From Candidatus Hydrogenedentota bacterium (lineage in GTDB: Bacteria; Hydrogenedentota; Hydrogenedentia; Hydrogenedentales; SLHB01): a DNA stretch of 64,000 nt. The translations under genes and the position numbers were made by a program. Where the stretch lies: positions 896,001-960,000 of the forward strand of contig CAXXYE010000009.1 in the NCBI GenBank assembly GCA_963674865.2. Direction: 5' to 3'. The notes beneath the pieces were generated by a model. It made no database searches. It worked only from the letters and a program-made list of their open reading frames with translations, and was not told the DNA's origin. This document shows, piece by piece, positions 17,760-26,670 of this stretch. Every line of letters starts with the position of its first letter. The stretch's first letter is position 1.

Positions 17760-18832
17760 CATTCGGCCCGCCCGATGGCCTGCCGCGCAGCCTCGATGAA
17801 TGGCCACATGAGGTCCCCGTAGAACCGGTGTCCGCCGGGGCCATAGGCGTGCGCGAAGCGCTCATCGGCCCCGGCGGCCCTGTAAATGGCCCGGAGTCCC
17901 GTCACGGCCTCGTCAACATCGGCGTTGAGGAACAGCGTATCCTCTCGGCCGTTTACCACCAGCAAGCGGCGCGGGGCAATTAGCCCCGCCACGTCGTGGA
18001 GGTCGCCGAACGTCAGAATCCCCGGCACGGTGTTGCAATCGCAATGGTGGGCGCACCCATCGCTCCGGACAAGAAGTGTAAACGAGCACGAAGGCGCCGC
18101 GATGCTCACCCGTTCATCGCAGGCGGCGGCATAGGTCGTTACCACGCCGCCGCCGGAGTTGCCCAGCACCAATAGGCAGCGGCCATCCACCTCCGGTAGC
18201 TCAAGCCCCCAATCAATGAGGCGTTCCACATCCCAGACGCGTTCGCCTACCGCCGTTCGCCCCGCCAAGAGACAATGCACCATCTGGCTCCGGCAATCGC
18301 GGCCCCCAAACCGGCCCCGGAAGTCGGGCACGCCCGGGCAGCCCAGGCCCCGCGTCGCCGGGGCGATGGCCACGAAGCCGTGGGCCGCGGCCTGCACCGC
18401 CACATCGCGCTGCTCCTCGGCAATACGCTGCCGCGCGGCGGCGTTATCCGTCACTCCGGCATACAGGCCGTGCTCCGAGTGCCCGTGCGGCATGACGGCC
18501 AATCCAAATGGGCCTTTCCCCTTCGGACGCAAGAGCCAGAACGGCACGCTTACGTCCGGCTCACTTGCCATCACGCCGCCCTGGCGTGTGTAGGCGCCGA
18601 GATCCTCCGGCGCCCCGAGGTCGACGGTCGGTACATATCCTTCCAACTGGGCGGCCATTCGACGAAGCCCCAGCAGGTCCCGCAATACGGGCCTGGCGGC
18701 CGATTGCCACGCCGCTACCTCCTCCGGCGTCCGTGCGCGGCACGCGTAACGCCGCCCCTCTTCCGCGTAGATCCGGCGCATGTACCTCAATACCGCCTCC
18801 GCCTGACCTCCGCCTGCTTCTTCCTTCGTCAT
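17759..18832 (-). CDS. Alpha/beta hydrolase (dienelactone hydrolase / acetyl xylan esterase-like)
   Basis: HGH oxyanion region, GNSGGG nucleophile elbow, LIAPRRLLVVNGRED, GGHRF. Confidence 0.82.
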   Translation of the reverse strand: MTKEEAGGGQAEAVLRYMRRIYAEEGRRYACRARTPEEVAAWQSAARPVLRDLLGLRRMAAQLEGYVPTVDLGAPEDLGAYTRQGGVMASEPDVSVPFWLLRPKGKGPFGLAVMPHGHSEHGLYAGVTDNAAARQRIAEEQRDVAVQAAAHGFVAIAPATRGLGCPGVPDFRGRFGGRDCRSQMVHCLLAGRTAVGERVWDVERLIDWGLELPEVDGRCLLVLGNSGGGVVTTYAAACDERVSIAAPSCSFTLLVRSDGCAHHCDCNTVPGILTFGDLHDVAGLIAPRRLLVVNGREDTLFLNADVDEAVTGLRAIYRAAGADERFAHAYGPGGHRFYGDLMWPFIEAARQAIGRAE

Positions 18833-19072
18833 GCCACCCTCCTCGGCACTCCCTTGCCTCGTTGTCTTCGAGCGTACTTGCGCGTCTTACGCCAGTTTTC
18901 ATCGTAGTAGAAAGTCACGTATGATGGAAACTTGGCCAAGCCGGCGGCCGCGCGGAGGGCGCAAGACGGAACACGAGTTTCTCGCCTCGGGCACGCTCAG
19001 GACTTGCGCGCTATCAGACGCATTGTGTGACGTTATTCTAAAGGGACTGAGGCTTACGGAAGGCAAGAGCGG

Positions 19073-20434
19073 GTGGGAGCGAAGGTACGACTTGAGATTA
19101 CGGCCGGCGCACTGAAAGGGAAGGCGTTTGTCTTTGAGGAGCACGACACCTTCCTATTGGGCCGCGCGCCGGAGTGCCACATTAGCTTGCCGGACGATTC
19201 CTTCGTGTCACGGCACCACTTCCTGCTTGAGCTGAATCCTCCTCAGGTATGCCTCAGAGATCTTGGGAGCCTGAACGGAACCTTCGTTAACGGCGTCCGC
19301 ATTGGGGGAGGGCGGCTCGAGCGATCTCCCTTAGAGGAGAGTTCCGATAAAGCCTACGAAGTGGCCCTCCACGACGGCGACGTGATTCAAGTGGGGGAAA
19401 CTGTCATAGGCGTGGCCATTGAGCAGACCCCTGACAAGACGGCCGTTCTATGCTGTGCCTTCTGCGGCGGGAGGCTCGGAACGGGGATCGCAAGCTTGCC
19501 CGACGGCACGCCCGTCTGCGAGGCGTGTGCCGCGAAGCAGCAAGCGGGCCTTTCAGGGGAAACGGAAACGATGGCGGCGGAGACTCTGCCTCCCGGGGGC
19601 AAAGCGTTGCCGACGGTTCCGGGTTATGTACTCGAAAGGCAAGTGGGCAGCGGGGGGATGGGCGTAGTCTACAAGGGGCGGAGAATCGACGATGAGACGC
19701 CGTTTGCAATAAAGATCGTCCACGCGCGCGCCGCCGTGGCCGAACAAGCCCAACGGACCTTCATGCGTGAAATGGAGATACTGCGTGATCTGCAGCATCC
19801 CAACATCGTCGCCTTTCGAGAGAGCCGCTCTGAACAGGGCGCCTTCTGCTTTGTCATGGAGTATTGCCGCCGCGGCAGCGTGGCCGACTTGATGGATAAG
19901 CGCGGCGGAAAGCTCCCGGTTGATCTCGCCGTGCATATCGCGCTTCAAGCGCTCAAAGGGCTCGCCCACGCCCACGAGCAGAATCTTGTGCACCGCGATA
20001 TGAAGCCTCAGAACCTGCTTCTGGATGGCACTCGGACAAAGTGGGTGACAAAAGTCGGTGATTTCGGCCTGGCCAAGAACCTGGACAAGGCGGGCATCAG
20101 CGGCCTCACCGCTACAGGCACCTTTGGGGGCTCGTGCGACTTCATGCCGCGTGAACAGGTAACCAACTTCAAGTATGTCCAGCCCTCGGCCGATGTATGG
20201 AGCATGGCCGCTACGCTTTACGCCATGATTACTGGCAAGTTTCCGCGTCTGCGTGAAGCCGGGCAGGATCCCATCGAGATAATTCTGCGGGGGGAAGCGG
20301 CGCCCATTCGCGTGCGTGATCCGAAGGTGCCGTCCGGTTTGGCGCAAGTGATCGACCAGGCGCTTGTCAGCCGCCCCGAAGATCGGTTTCCAACGGCGCG
20401 CGAGTTCCGTGAAGCGCTCAGGAAAGCCTTCTAA
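19073..20434 (+). CDS. FHA domain - Zn-ribbon - Ser/Thr protein kinase
   Basis: LGR..VSRHH..DLGSLNGTFVNG (FHA); CxxC..CxxC; GSGGMGVVY, AIK, HRDMKPQN, DFG and DVWS kinase motifs. Confidence 0.92.
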   Translation: MGAKVRLEITAGALKGKAFVFEEHDTFLLGRAPECHISLPDDSFVSRHHFLLELNPPQVCLRDLGSLNGTFVNGVRIGGGRLERSPLEESSDKAYEVALHDGDVIQVGETVIGVAIEQTPDKTAVLCCAFCGGRLGTGIASLPDGTPVCEACAAKQQAGLSGETETMAAETLPPGGKALPTVPGYVLERQVGSGGMGVVYKGRRIDDETPFAIKIVHARAAVAEQAQRTFMREMEILRDLQHPNIVAFRESRSEQGAFCFVMEYCRRGSVADLMDKRGGKLPVDLAVHIALQALKGLAHAHEQNLVHRDMKPQNLLLDGTRTKWVTKVGDFGLAKNLDKAGISGLTATGTFGGSCDFMPREQVTNFKYVQPSADVWSMAATLYAMITGKFPRLREAGQDPIEIILRGEAAPIRVRDPKVPSGLAQVIDQALVSRPEDRFPTAREFREALRKAF

Positions 20435-23400
20435 CTACTCAGGACATGTCCCGTCGTAGGTCAGCGTAGCGCCCCGGGCCTCGAGCGCGGGGATGTCCTC
20501 GCAGAGCGCCTTTCGACTTAACGGATTGCCCGCCATGTAGACTCGAGCCCCCTTTCCCAGTCCCGAGTTCGCCACAAGCGGCGTAAGATCTTCGATACGG
20601 TTGTTGTCTAGATAAAGCCAGTTCAGGTTTTCGAGGCCTGCGAGGGGCGATAGATCCTTGATTCCATTTCCGTTCAAGTAAAGATTCTGTACGGCGCGCA
20701 GCCCAGCCAGTGGTGCGATATCTTCGATCTCATTCTCGCCAAGATACAGCCGCCCCAGGTTTTCAAGTTCGGCCAGGGCGTCCATGGACGCAATTCGATT
20801 CTGGCTGAGCCAGAGCGTAGAAAGGGGCTTGATTCCCGCCAGGGGCGTCACGTCGGCGATCTCATTCTCACGCAGATCGAGGGACGACAGTTTCTGCAAT
20901 TGCGCCAGTGGCGATAGGTCGCGAATGTGGTTGGCACTTAAGTCGAGGGTGGTCAGCTCGCCACAATGCTCGAGGCCTGCTAGGTCCCCGATGTTGCACG
21001 AACTCGCGGTGAGCGTGGTTAGCTGCGCGATGTCGCCCCCGTAGATGTCGCCATCGGATTTGTCGACCGCGTCTCGGACGGCCTTTTCGAGGTTGGGATC
21101 CTTGAACTCAAAGGCCCCGCACCGCAGGTCGCACGTCACGATGACACCGCGCGCTTCGAGGGCGGGCACATCCTCGCAGAGGGCCGTCTGTCCCAGAGGG
21201 ATCTGCGTCAAGTACAGTGAGTCCCCCTTGTCGAGGCCCGGATTGGCGACCAACGCACCGATATCGTGGATCGGATTTCCACCCAGCCAAAGCCCTTCAA
21301 GATTAGTCAGGCCGGCTAGTGGCGTTAGATCGGTGATGTTGTTGTTTTCGAGGGCAAGGAACTTCATGCCCTTCAGGCCGGCCAGCGGGCGTAAATCCAC
21401 GAGCTTGGTGGCTCCGGAGGAGAGGCATAATCGTAAGCTGCCAAGCGTCGTCACTTGTGCCAGTGGCGCAACATCTGCGATCGGATTAGCATCCAGATTG
21501 AGCTGGGTCAGGTTCGTGAGGCCAGCCAAGGGACTTAGGTCGGAGATCTGGTTGTGGTCCAGCGTCAGGGAATCGAGACTCGTCAGATCCGCAACCGTCC
21601 CGATGTCGGTGATTTGGTTGTATCCGAGGTCAAGATTACGGAGATCCGGAAGAGCGGCCAACGGCGTGAGGTCCGATATCCGGCACCCTCGGCCCGTAAT
21701 GCGCTGGAGAGCCTCTAGAGACTCAAGAGGAGAGAGGTCACTAACCTTGCCAAAACTGAAGTTGAGGATGCTCAGGTTCACCAGGGGCGAGAGCACGTCC
21801 AAATCGCTGATACCCATGCTCGAGACTGCCAGGTCCTTCAGGTGGGTCAGGCTGGTAAGGGGCGTGAGGTCCGAGATGGGATTACCGTCTACATAGAGTA
21901 TCTCCAATTGCTGCAGGCTCTGAAGCGGGGCAATATCGGCAATGCGGTTCCCGCCAAGACTCAGGAACCGGAGATTGCGCATGCTTCCCAGGGATGAGAT
22001 GTCTTCAATGAGATTGCTCTCGCAGTGCAACTGCGAGAGGTTGGTGAGCGAGCCCAGCGCAGTTGCATCCTCGATCTTGTTGTGATCGATCTGGAGGATA
22101 TCAAGTCTGCTTAGTGTCGAAAGCGGACTGATGTCTACGATCCCGTTATGTCCGAGATGTAAGAAGCTTAGGCTCGTCAAGTCTGCCAGTGCACTTACAT
22201 CAGTGATTGCGTTGTTGTATAGATAGGCCGTCGTGAGCTGGGTCAGCGAAGCCAAGGGGCCGATGTTGGCAATGCGGTTGTTCGCCAATTCAATGTGAAT
22301 CAGATCCGTGCAGTTCTCGATGCCCGTGAGGTCCGTGATGTTCTCGCGCTGAACCTTTAGGGAGGTGAAACCCACGCCGAAGAGATCCGTGCGGTAGATC
22401 TTGCCCTTGGGCTTCTTGACGGCGGCGCGTATGGCCGTCTCGAGATTGGCATCCGGGAACGTCACAACCGGGCCTTTCTCGAGGTCGCTCACGAGGCGCG
22501 GGCCGATTACCGTCGCATACAGCACGAGCCCCGCCACTACCAAGAGAGAGGCGGCCACGGCCAGAATCGTCTTGTATGGAATGCGCCGCTTCTTCTCCAC
22601 CGGGGCCCTAGGCGCCAGAAAGGCATGCAAGTCCTGGATGAGCGTTCGGGCCGACGCGTAGCGCTTCTTGGGATTCTTGGCCACCATCTTCGCCAGAATC
22701 TTGTCCAATTCCGGCGGCACGTCGGGATTGGCCGATGAAGCCTTGGGGAAGGGGCGCTTTGTGATCTGGTACAGCACCGCCAGCGGTGTCTCGGCATCGA
22801 ACGGCGGCCTGCCCGTCAGCAGTTCAAACAAGGTCGCGCCCAGGGCGTAGATATCCGTCCGTGTGTCCACCACGCCCCCCTTGCATTGTTCGGGGGCCAT
22901 GTAGTGGGGCGTGCCCAAGGCGGCGCCATCCGTCGTGAGCTTGGTGGCTCCTACGAGGGCTTTGGCCAGGCCGAAATCAAGGACCTTCACCCGCCCGTCC
23001 TCATCCACCATGATATTCTCAGGCTTGACGTCCCGATGGATGATGCCCTGCCGGTGGGCCTCCTCGATCGCCCCCGCCGCCTGCATGATGATCTCCACCG
23101 CGTGCCGTGGCTCCAGCGGGCCCTCCCGACGTACAATCTCGGCGAGGGACAGGCCCCGGACGTATTCCATGGCGATGAAATGCCGGCCGCTTTGTTCGCC
23201 GACAGCGTAGATCGTGACGATACTGGCGTGGTTCAAGCGTGCTACGGCGCGCGCCTCGCGCTCGAAGCGCTTCACGAATTCGGGGTCTTGAGAAAGGTAG
23301 CGCGGAAGGACCTTCAGCGCGACAGTGCGTTCAAGCGAAGTTTCCCGCGCCTCGTAGACAACCCCCATCCCCCCGCGGCCCAGTTCCCGCAGGACTTCAA

Positions 23401-23449
23401 ACTCGCCCAGTCGCCCCTTTGATCGGCGCCCCTCTTCCGGCATCCTCAC
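20435..23449 (-). CDS. Receptor-like Ser/Thr kinase: kinase - TM - internalin-type LRRs (17+7 repeats)
   Basis: GRGGMGVVY, VALK, HRDVKPEN, DFG, GTPHYMAPE; TM ILAVAASLLVVAGLVLYATVIG; 22-aa LRRs; GTG start chosen by homology with the paralog. Confidence 0.92.
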   Translation of the reverse strand: MRMPEEGRRSKGRLGEFEVLRELGRGGMGVVYEARETSLERTVALKVLPRYLSQDPEFVKRFEREARAVARLNHASIVTIYAVGEQSGRHFIAMEYVRGLSLAEIVRREGPLEPRHAVEIIMQAAGAIEEAHRQGIIHRDVKPENIMVDEDGRVKVLDFGLAKALVGATKLTTDGAALGTPHYMAPEQCKGGVVDTRTDIYALGATLFELLTGRPPFDAETPLAVLYQITKRPFPKASSANPDVPPELDKILAKMVAKNPKKRYASARTLIQDLHAFLAPRAPVEKKRRIPYKTILAVAASLLVVAGLVLYATVIGPRLVSDLEKGPVVTFPDANLETAIRAAVKKPKGKIYRTDLFGVGFTSLKVQRENITDLTGIENCTDLIHIELANNRIANIGPLASLTQLTTAYLYNNAITDVSALADLTSLSFLHLGHNGIVDISPLSTLSRLDILQIDHNKIEDATALGSLTNLSQLHCESNLIEDISSLGSMRNLRFLSLGGNRIADIAPLQSLQQLEILYVDGNPISDLTPLTSLTHLKDLAVSSMGISDLDVLSPLVNLSILNFSFGKVSDLSPLESLEALQRITGRGCRISDLTPLAALPDLRNLDLGYNQITDIGTVADLTSLDSLTLDHNQISDLSPLAGLTNLTQLNLDANPIADVAPLAQVTTLGSLRLCLSSGATKLVDLRPLAGLKGMKFLALENNNITDLTPLAGLTNLEGLWLGGNPIHDIGALVANPGLDKGDSLYLTQIPLGQTALCEDVPALEARGVIVTCDLRCGAFEFKDPNLEKAVRDAVDKSDGDIYGGDIAQLTTLTASSCNIGDLAGLEHCGELTTLDLSANHIRDLSPLAQLQKLSSLDLRENEIADVTPLAGIKPLSTLWLSQNRIASMDALAELENLGRLYLGENEIEDIAPLAGLRAVQNLYLNGNGIKDLSPLAGLENLNWLYLDNNRIEDLTPLVANSGLGKGARVYMAGNPLSRKALCEDIPALEARGATLTYDGTCPE

Positions 23450-23626
23450 ATTCCCCTCGTTCCTGCCAAGGCAATGGGAGTCTAGCACGGGCGGCCATAT
23501 TCGCTCCAGAGGAGGTCTTTGACACTGTCAAATAAAGAGGACTTCGGCTCAGGAACCCGGCTATCGGCCGGGATGATAGTACTACGACCAATTCGGATGG
23601 CAGCGTTGGCTTAGGAGCGCATCGGC

Positions 23627-26575
23627 CTACTTCGGGCATGTGCCGTCGTAGGTAAGCGAGGCGCCCCGGGCCTCGAGCGCGGGAATATCCTCGCAGAGCG
23701 CCTTTCGGCTGAGCGGATTGCCCTCAAGGTATAGCTCGTCCGTCTTTCCTAATCCCGGATTATCCACAAGCGGCGTAAGATCTTCGATGCGGTTGTTGTT
23801 TAGATAGAGCCAATTCAGGTTTTCGAGATCCGCGAGTGGGGATAGATCCTTGATTCGGTTTCCATTGAGGTAGAGTTTCTGCAAACCGCGCATAGCCGCC
23901 AATGGCGCGATATCTTCGATCTCATTCTCGCCAAGATACAGCCTGCCCATGTAGATGAGATCCGTGAGCGCTTCCACGGATGCAATACGATTCTGGCTGA
24001 GCCAGAGGATACCGAGGGTCTTGAGCCCCGCCAAGGGCGTCACATCGGCGATCTCATTCTCACGCAGATCGAGCGAAGACAGTTTCGGCAATTGTGCCAG
24101 GGGCGTTAGGTCGCGAATGTGGTTGGCGCTCAGCTCGAGCGTGGTCAGCTCGCCACAATGCTCGAGGCCCGTCAGGTCACCAATGTTGGCCGAATTCGCC
24201 GTGAGCGTGGTTAGCTGCACAATGTCTGCCCCGTAGATATCGCCTTCGGGCTTGTCGATGGCGCCTCGGACGGCCTTCTCGAGCCCCGGGTCTTTGAACT
24301 CAATGGCACCGCACCGAATGTCACACGTCACAATAACGCCGCGCGCCTCGAGGGCGGGCACATCCTCGCAAAGGGCGGCCTGATCCAATGGCAATTGGCT
24401 TAGAAAGACAGAATCACCCTTGTCGAGGCCGGGATTGGCAACCAATGCGCGGATATCCCGAATCGGGTTCTTGTATAGCCAAAGCGCCTCAAGACTTGTT
24501 AGGCCGGACAAGGGCTTGATGTCGGTGATCTCGTTGCTATGCAGGCTAAGGTGCCTTAGCTGTTTCAGCGCTGCCAGCGGCCGTAGGTCGACGAGCTTCT
24601 GTGCGCTGGCCGATTGCGCTAGACCTAGGTTCTCAAGCTTCGTGAGTTGCGCCAACGGCCCGATGTCCACAATGGGATTACGGTCGAGATTAAGATGAGT
24701 CAGGTTCCCAAGAGTGCTCAGGGGCCGAAGATCCGCAATCTGATTATTGCTCAGTTCTAGGCTGGTGAGCTTGTCGAGGTGCCCCAGGGCGGTTACATCG
24801 GTCAGTCGATTAGAGGCCAGATTGAGGCTTTCCAACGCCGCAAGTCCCGCGATAAAACTGAGGTCGGATACCGTGGTGTTGCTCGCGTTCAAATGTCTGA
24901 GGCCAGTGAGAACCGCTAAGGGCGACAAGTCGGCAACGGTATTGCCATGGAGGTCAAGGACAAGCAAATTCGTGAGAGAGGAAAGCAAACCAGGGTCGCT
25001 CAAGCCTGTGTCCGAAACGTATAGGGTGGTGACATTCGTAAGCGCGCCAACTGGCGTAGGATCTGAGACGGGATTACCGTAAAGACTAAGGTACTCCAGC
25101 TTGTGCAGATTCCCGAGCGGCGAGATGTCGCCGACGCGATTGCCATGTAGCTTCAGATCTCTGAGGTTGGTGAGCAGGCCCAGGGCACTCACATCCTCAA
25201 TCTTGTTGCTGCTGATGTCGAGATGCTCAAGTTGGCTCAGTTGCGAAAGCGGAGTGATGTCCACGATCTCGTTTTGCGCGATGTGTAAATTGCTGAGGGC
25301 TGTCAACTGTTTCAGCGGCCCGGCATCCATAATGTGGTTGGTATATATATTGAGTGTCGCGAGCCGGGTCAACGCAGCCAACGGGCCAATATCGGCAATA
25401 CGGTTATGTGCCAAGTCAATGCTAGCCAGATCCGTACAGTTCTCGAGTCCCGTGAGGTCCGCGATGTTGTCCCGCTGCGCGCTCAGCGATCTGAAGCCCA
25501 CACCAATGAGATCCGTGCGATAGATCTTGCCCTTGGGCTTTTTGATGGCGGCGCGTATCGCCGTCTCGAGGTTGGCATCCGGAAACGTCACCACCGGGCC
25601 TTTCTCGAGGTCGCTCACGAGGCGCGGGCCGATTACCGTCGCATACAGCACGAGTCCCGCTACCACCAGGAGAGAAGCGGCTACGGCCAGAATCGTCTTG
25701 TACGGAATGCGCCGCCTCTTCTCCTCCGTCGCCTTGGGCGCCAGAAAGGCGTTCAGGTCCTGGATCAGCGCCCGGGTCGATGCGTAACGCCTTTTCGGCT
25801 TCTTGGCCACCATCTTGGCCAGGATCTTGTCCAATTGCGGCGGCACGTCGGGATTGGCCGACGTGGCCCTGGGGAAGGGGCGCTTCGTAATCTGGTACAG
25901 CACCGCCAGCGGCGTTTCGGCTTCAAACGCCGGCCGGCCCGTAAGCAGTTCGAATAGCGTGGCGCCTAGGGCGTAGATGTCCGTCCGCGTATCCACTTCG
26001 CCCCCCTTGCATTGTTCCGGGGCCATATAGTGGGGCGTGCCCAGAGAGGCGCCATCCGTCGTGAGCTTGGTGGTTCCCGCGAGCGCTTTGGCCAGGCCGA
26101 AGTCGAGCACCTTTACGCGCCCGTCCTCATCCACCATGATATTCTCAGGCTTGATGTCCCGATGGATGATGCCCTGCCGGTGGGCCTCCCCGATCGCCCC
26201 CGCCGCCTGCGTGATGATCTCGATCGCGCGCCGCGGCTCCAGCGGCCCTTCCCGGCGCACGATCTCGGCGAGCGACTGGCCCCGGACGTATTCCATGGCG
26301 ATGAAATGCCGGCCGCTCTGTTCGCCCACAGCGTAGATCGTGACGATGCTGGAATGGTTCAGCCGCGCCACGGCGCGTGCCTCGCGCTCGAAGCGCTTCA
26401 CGAACTCGGGGTCTTGAGAAAGGTAGCGCGGAAGGACCTTCAGCGCGACAGTGCGTTCAAGCGATATCTCCCGCGCCTCGTAAACGACCCCCATCCCCCC
26501 GCGGCCCAGTTCCCGCAGGACTTCAAACTCGCCCAGTCGCCCCTTTGATCGGCGCCCCTCGTCCGGCATCCTCAC
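23627..26575 (-). CDS. Receptor-like Ser/Thr kinase paralog: kinase - TM - LRRs (16+7 repeats)
   Basis: Same architecture; kinase and TM nearly identical to 20435-23449. Confidence 0.92.
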   Translation of the reverse strand: MRMPDEGRRSKGRLGEFEVLRELGRGGMGVVYEAREISLERTVALKVLPRYLSQDPEFVKRFEREARAVARLNHSSIVTIYAVGEQSGRHFIAMEYVRGQSLAEIVRREGPLEPRRAIEIITQAAGAIGEAHRQGIIHRDIKPENIMVDEDGRVKVLDFGLAKALAGTTKLTTDGASLGTPHYMAPEQCKGGEVDTRTDIYALGATLFELLTGRPAFEAETPLAVLYQITKRPFPRATSANPDVPPQLDKILAKMVAKKPKRRYASTRALIQDLNAFLAPKATEEKRRRIPYKTILAVAASLLVVAGLVLYATVIGPRLVSDLEKGPVVTFPDANLETAIRAAIKKPKGKIYRTDLIGVGFRSLSAQRDNIADLTGLENCTDLASIDLAHNRIADIGPLAALTRLATLNIYTNHIMDAGPLKQLTALSNLHIAQNEIVDITPLSQLSQLEHLDISSNKIEDVSALGLLTNLRDLKLHGNRVGDISPLGNLHKLEYLSLYGNPVSDPTPVGALTNVTTLYVSDTGLSDPGLLSSLTNLLVLDLHGNTVADLSPLAVLTGLRHLNASNTTVSDLSFIAGLAALESLNLASNRLTDVTALGHLDKLTSLELSNNQIADLRPLSTLGNLTHLNLDRNPIVDIGPLAQLTKLENLGLAQSASAQKLVDLRPLAALKQLRHLSLHSNEITDIKPLSGLTSLEALWLYKNPIRDIRALVANPGLDKGDSVFLSQLPLDQAALCEDVPALEARGVIVTCDIRCGAIEFKDPGLEKAVRGAIDKPEGDIYGADIVQLTTLTANSANIGDLTGLEHCGELTTLELSANHIRDLTPLAQLPKLSSLDLRENEIADVTPLAGLKTLGILWLSQNRIASVEALTDLIYMGRLYLGENEIEDIAPLAAMRGLQKLYLNGNRIKDLSPLADLENLNWLYLNNNRIEDLTPLVDNPGLGKTDELYLEGNPLSRKALCEDIPALEARGASLTYDGTCPK

Positions 26576-26670
26576 ATACCCCTTGACTCAGCCAAGTCGA
26601 GTGGAGTCTAGCACGAGCGGCCATATCCGCTCCAGGCGATGTGCAGGTTATTGAGCGTGAGCCATGGGGG

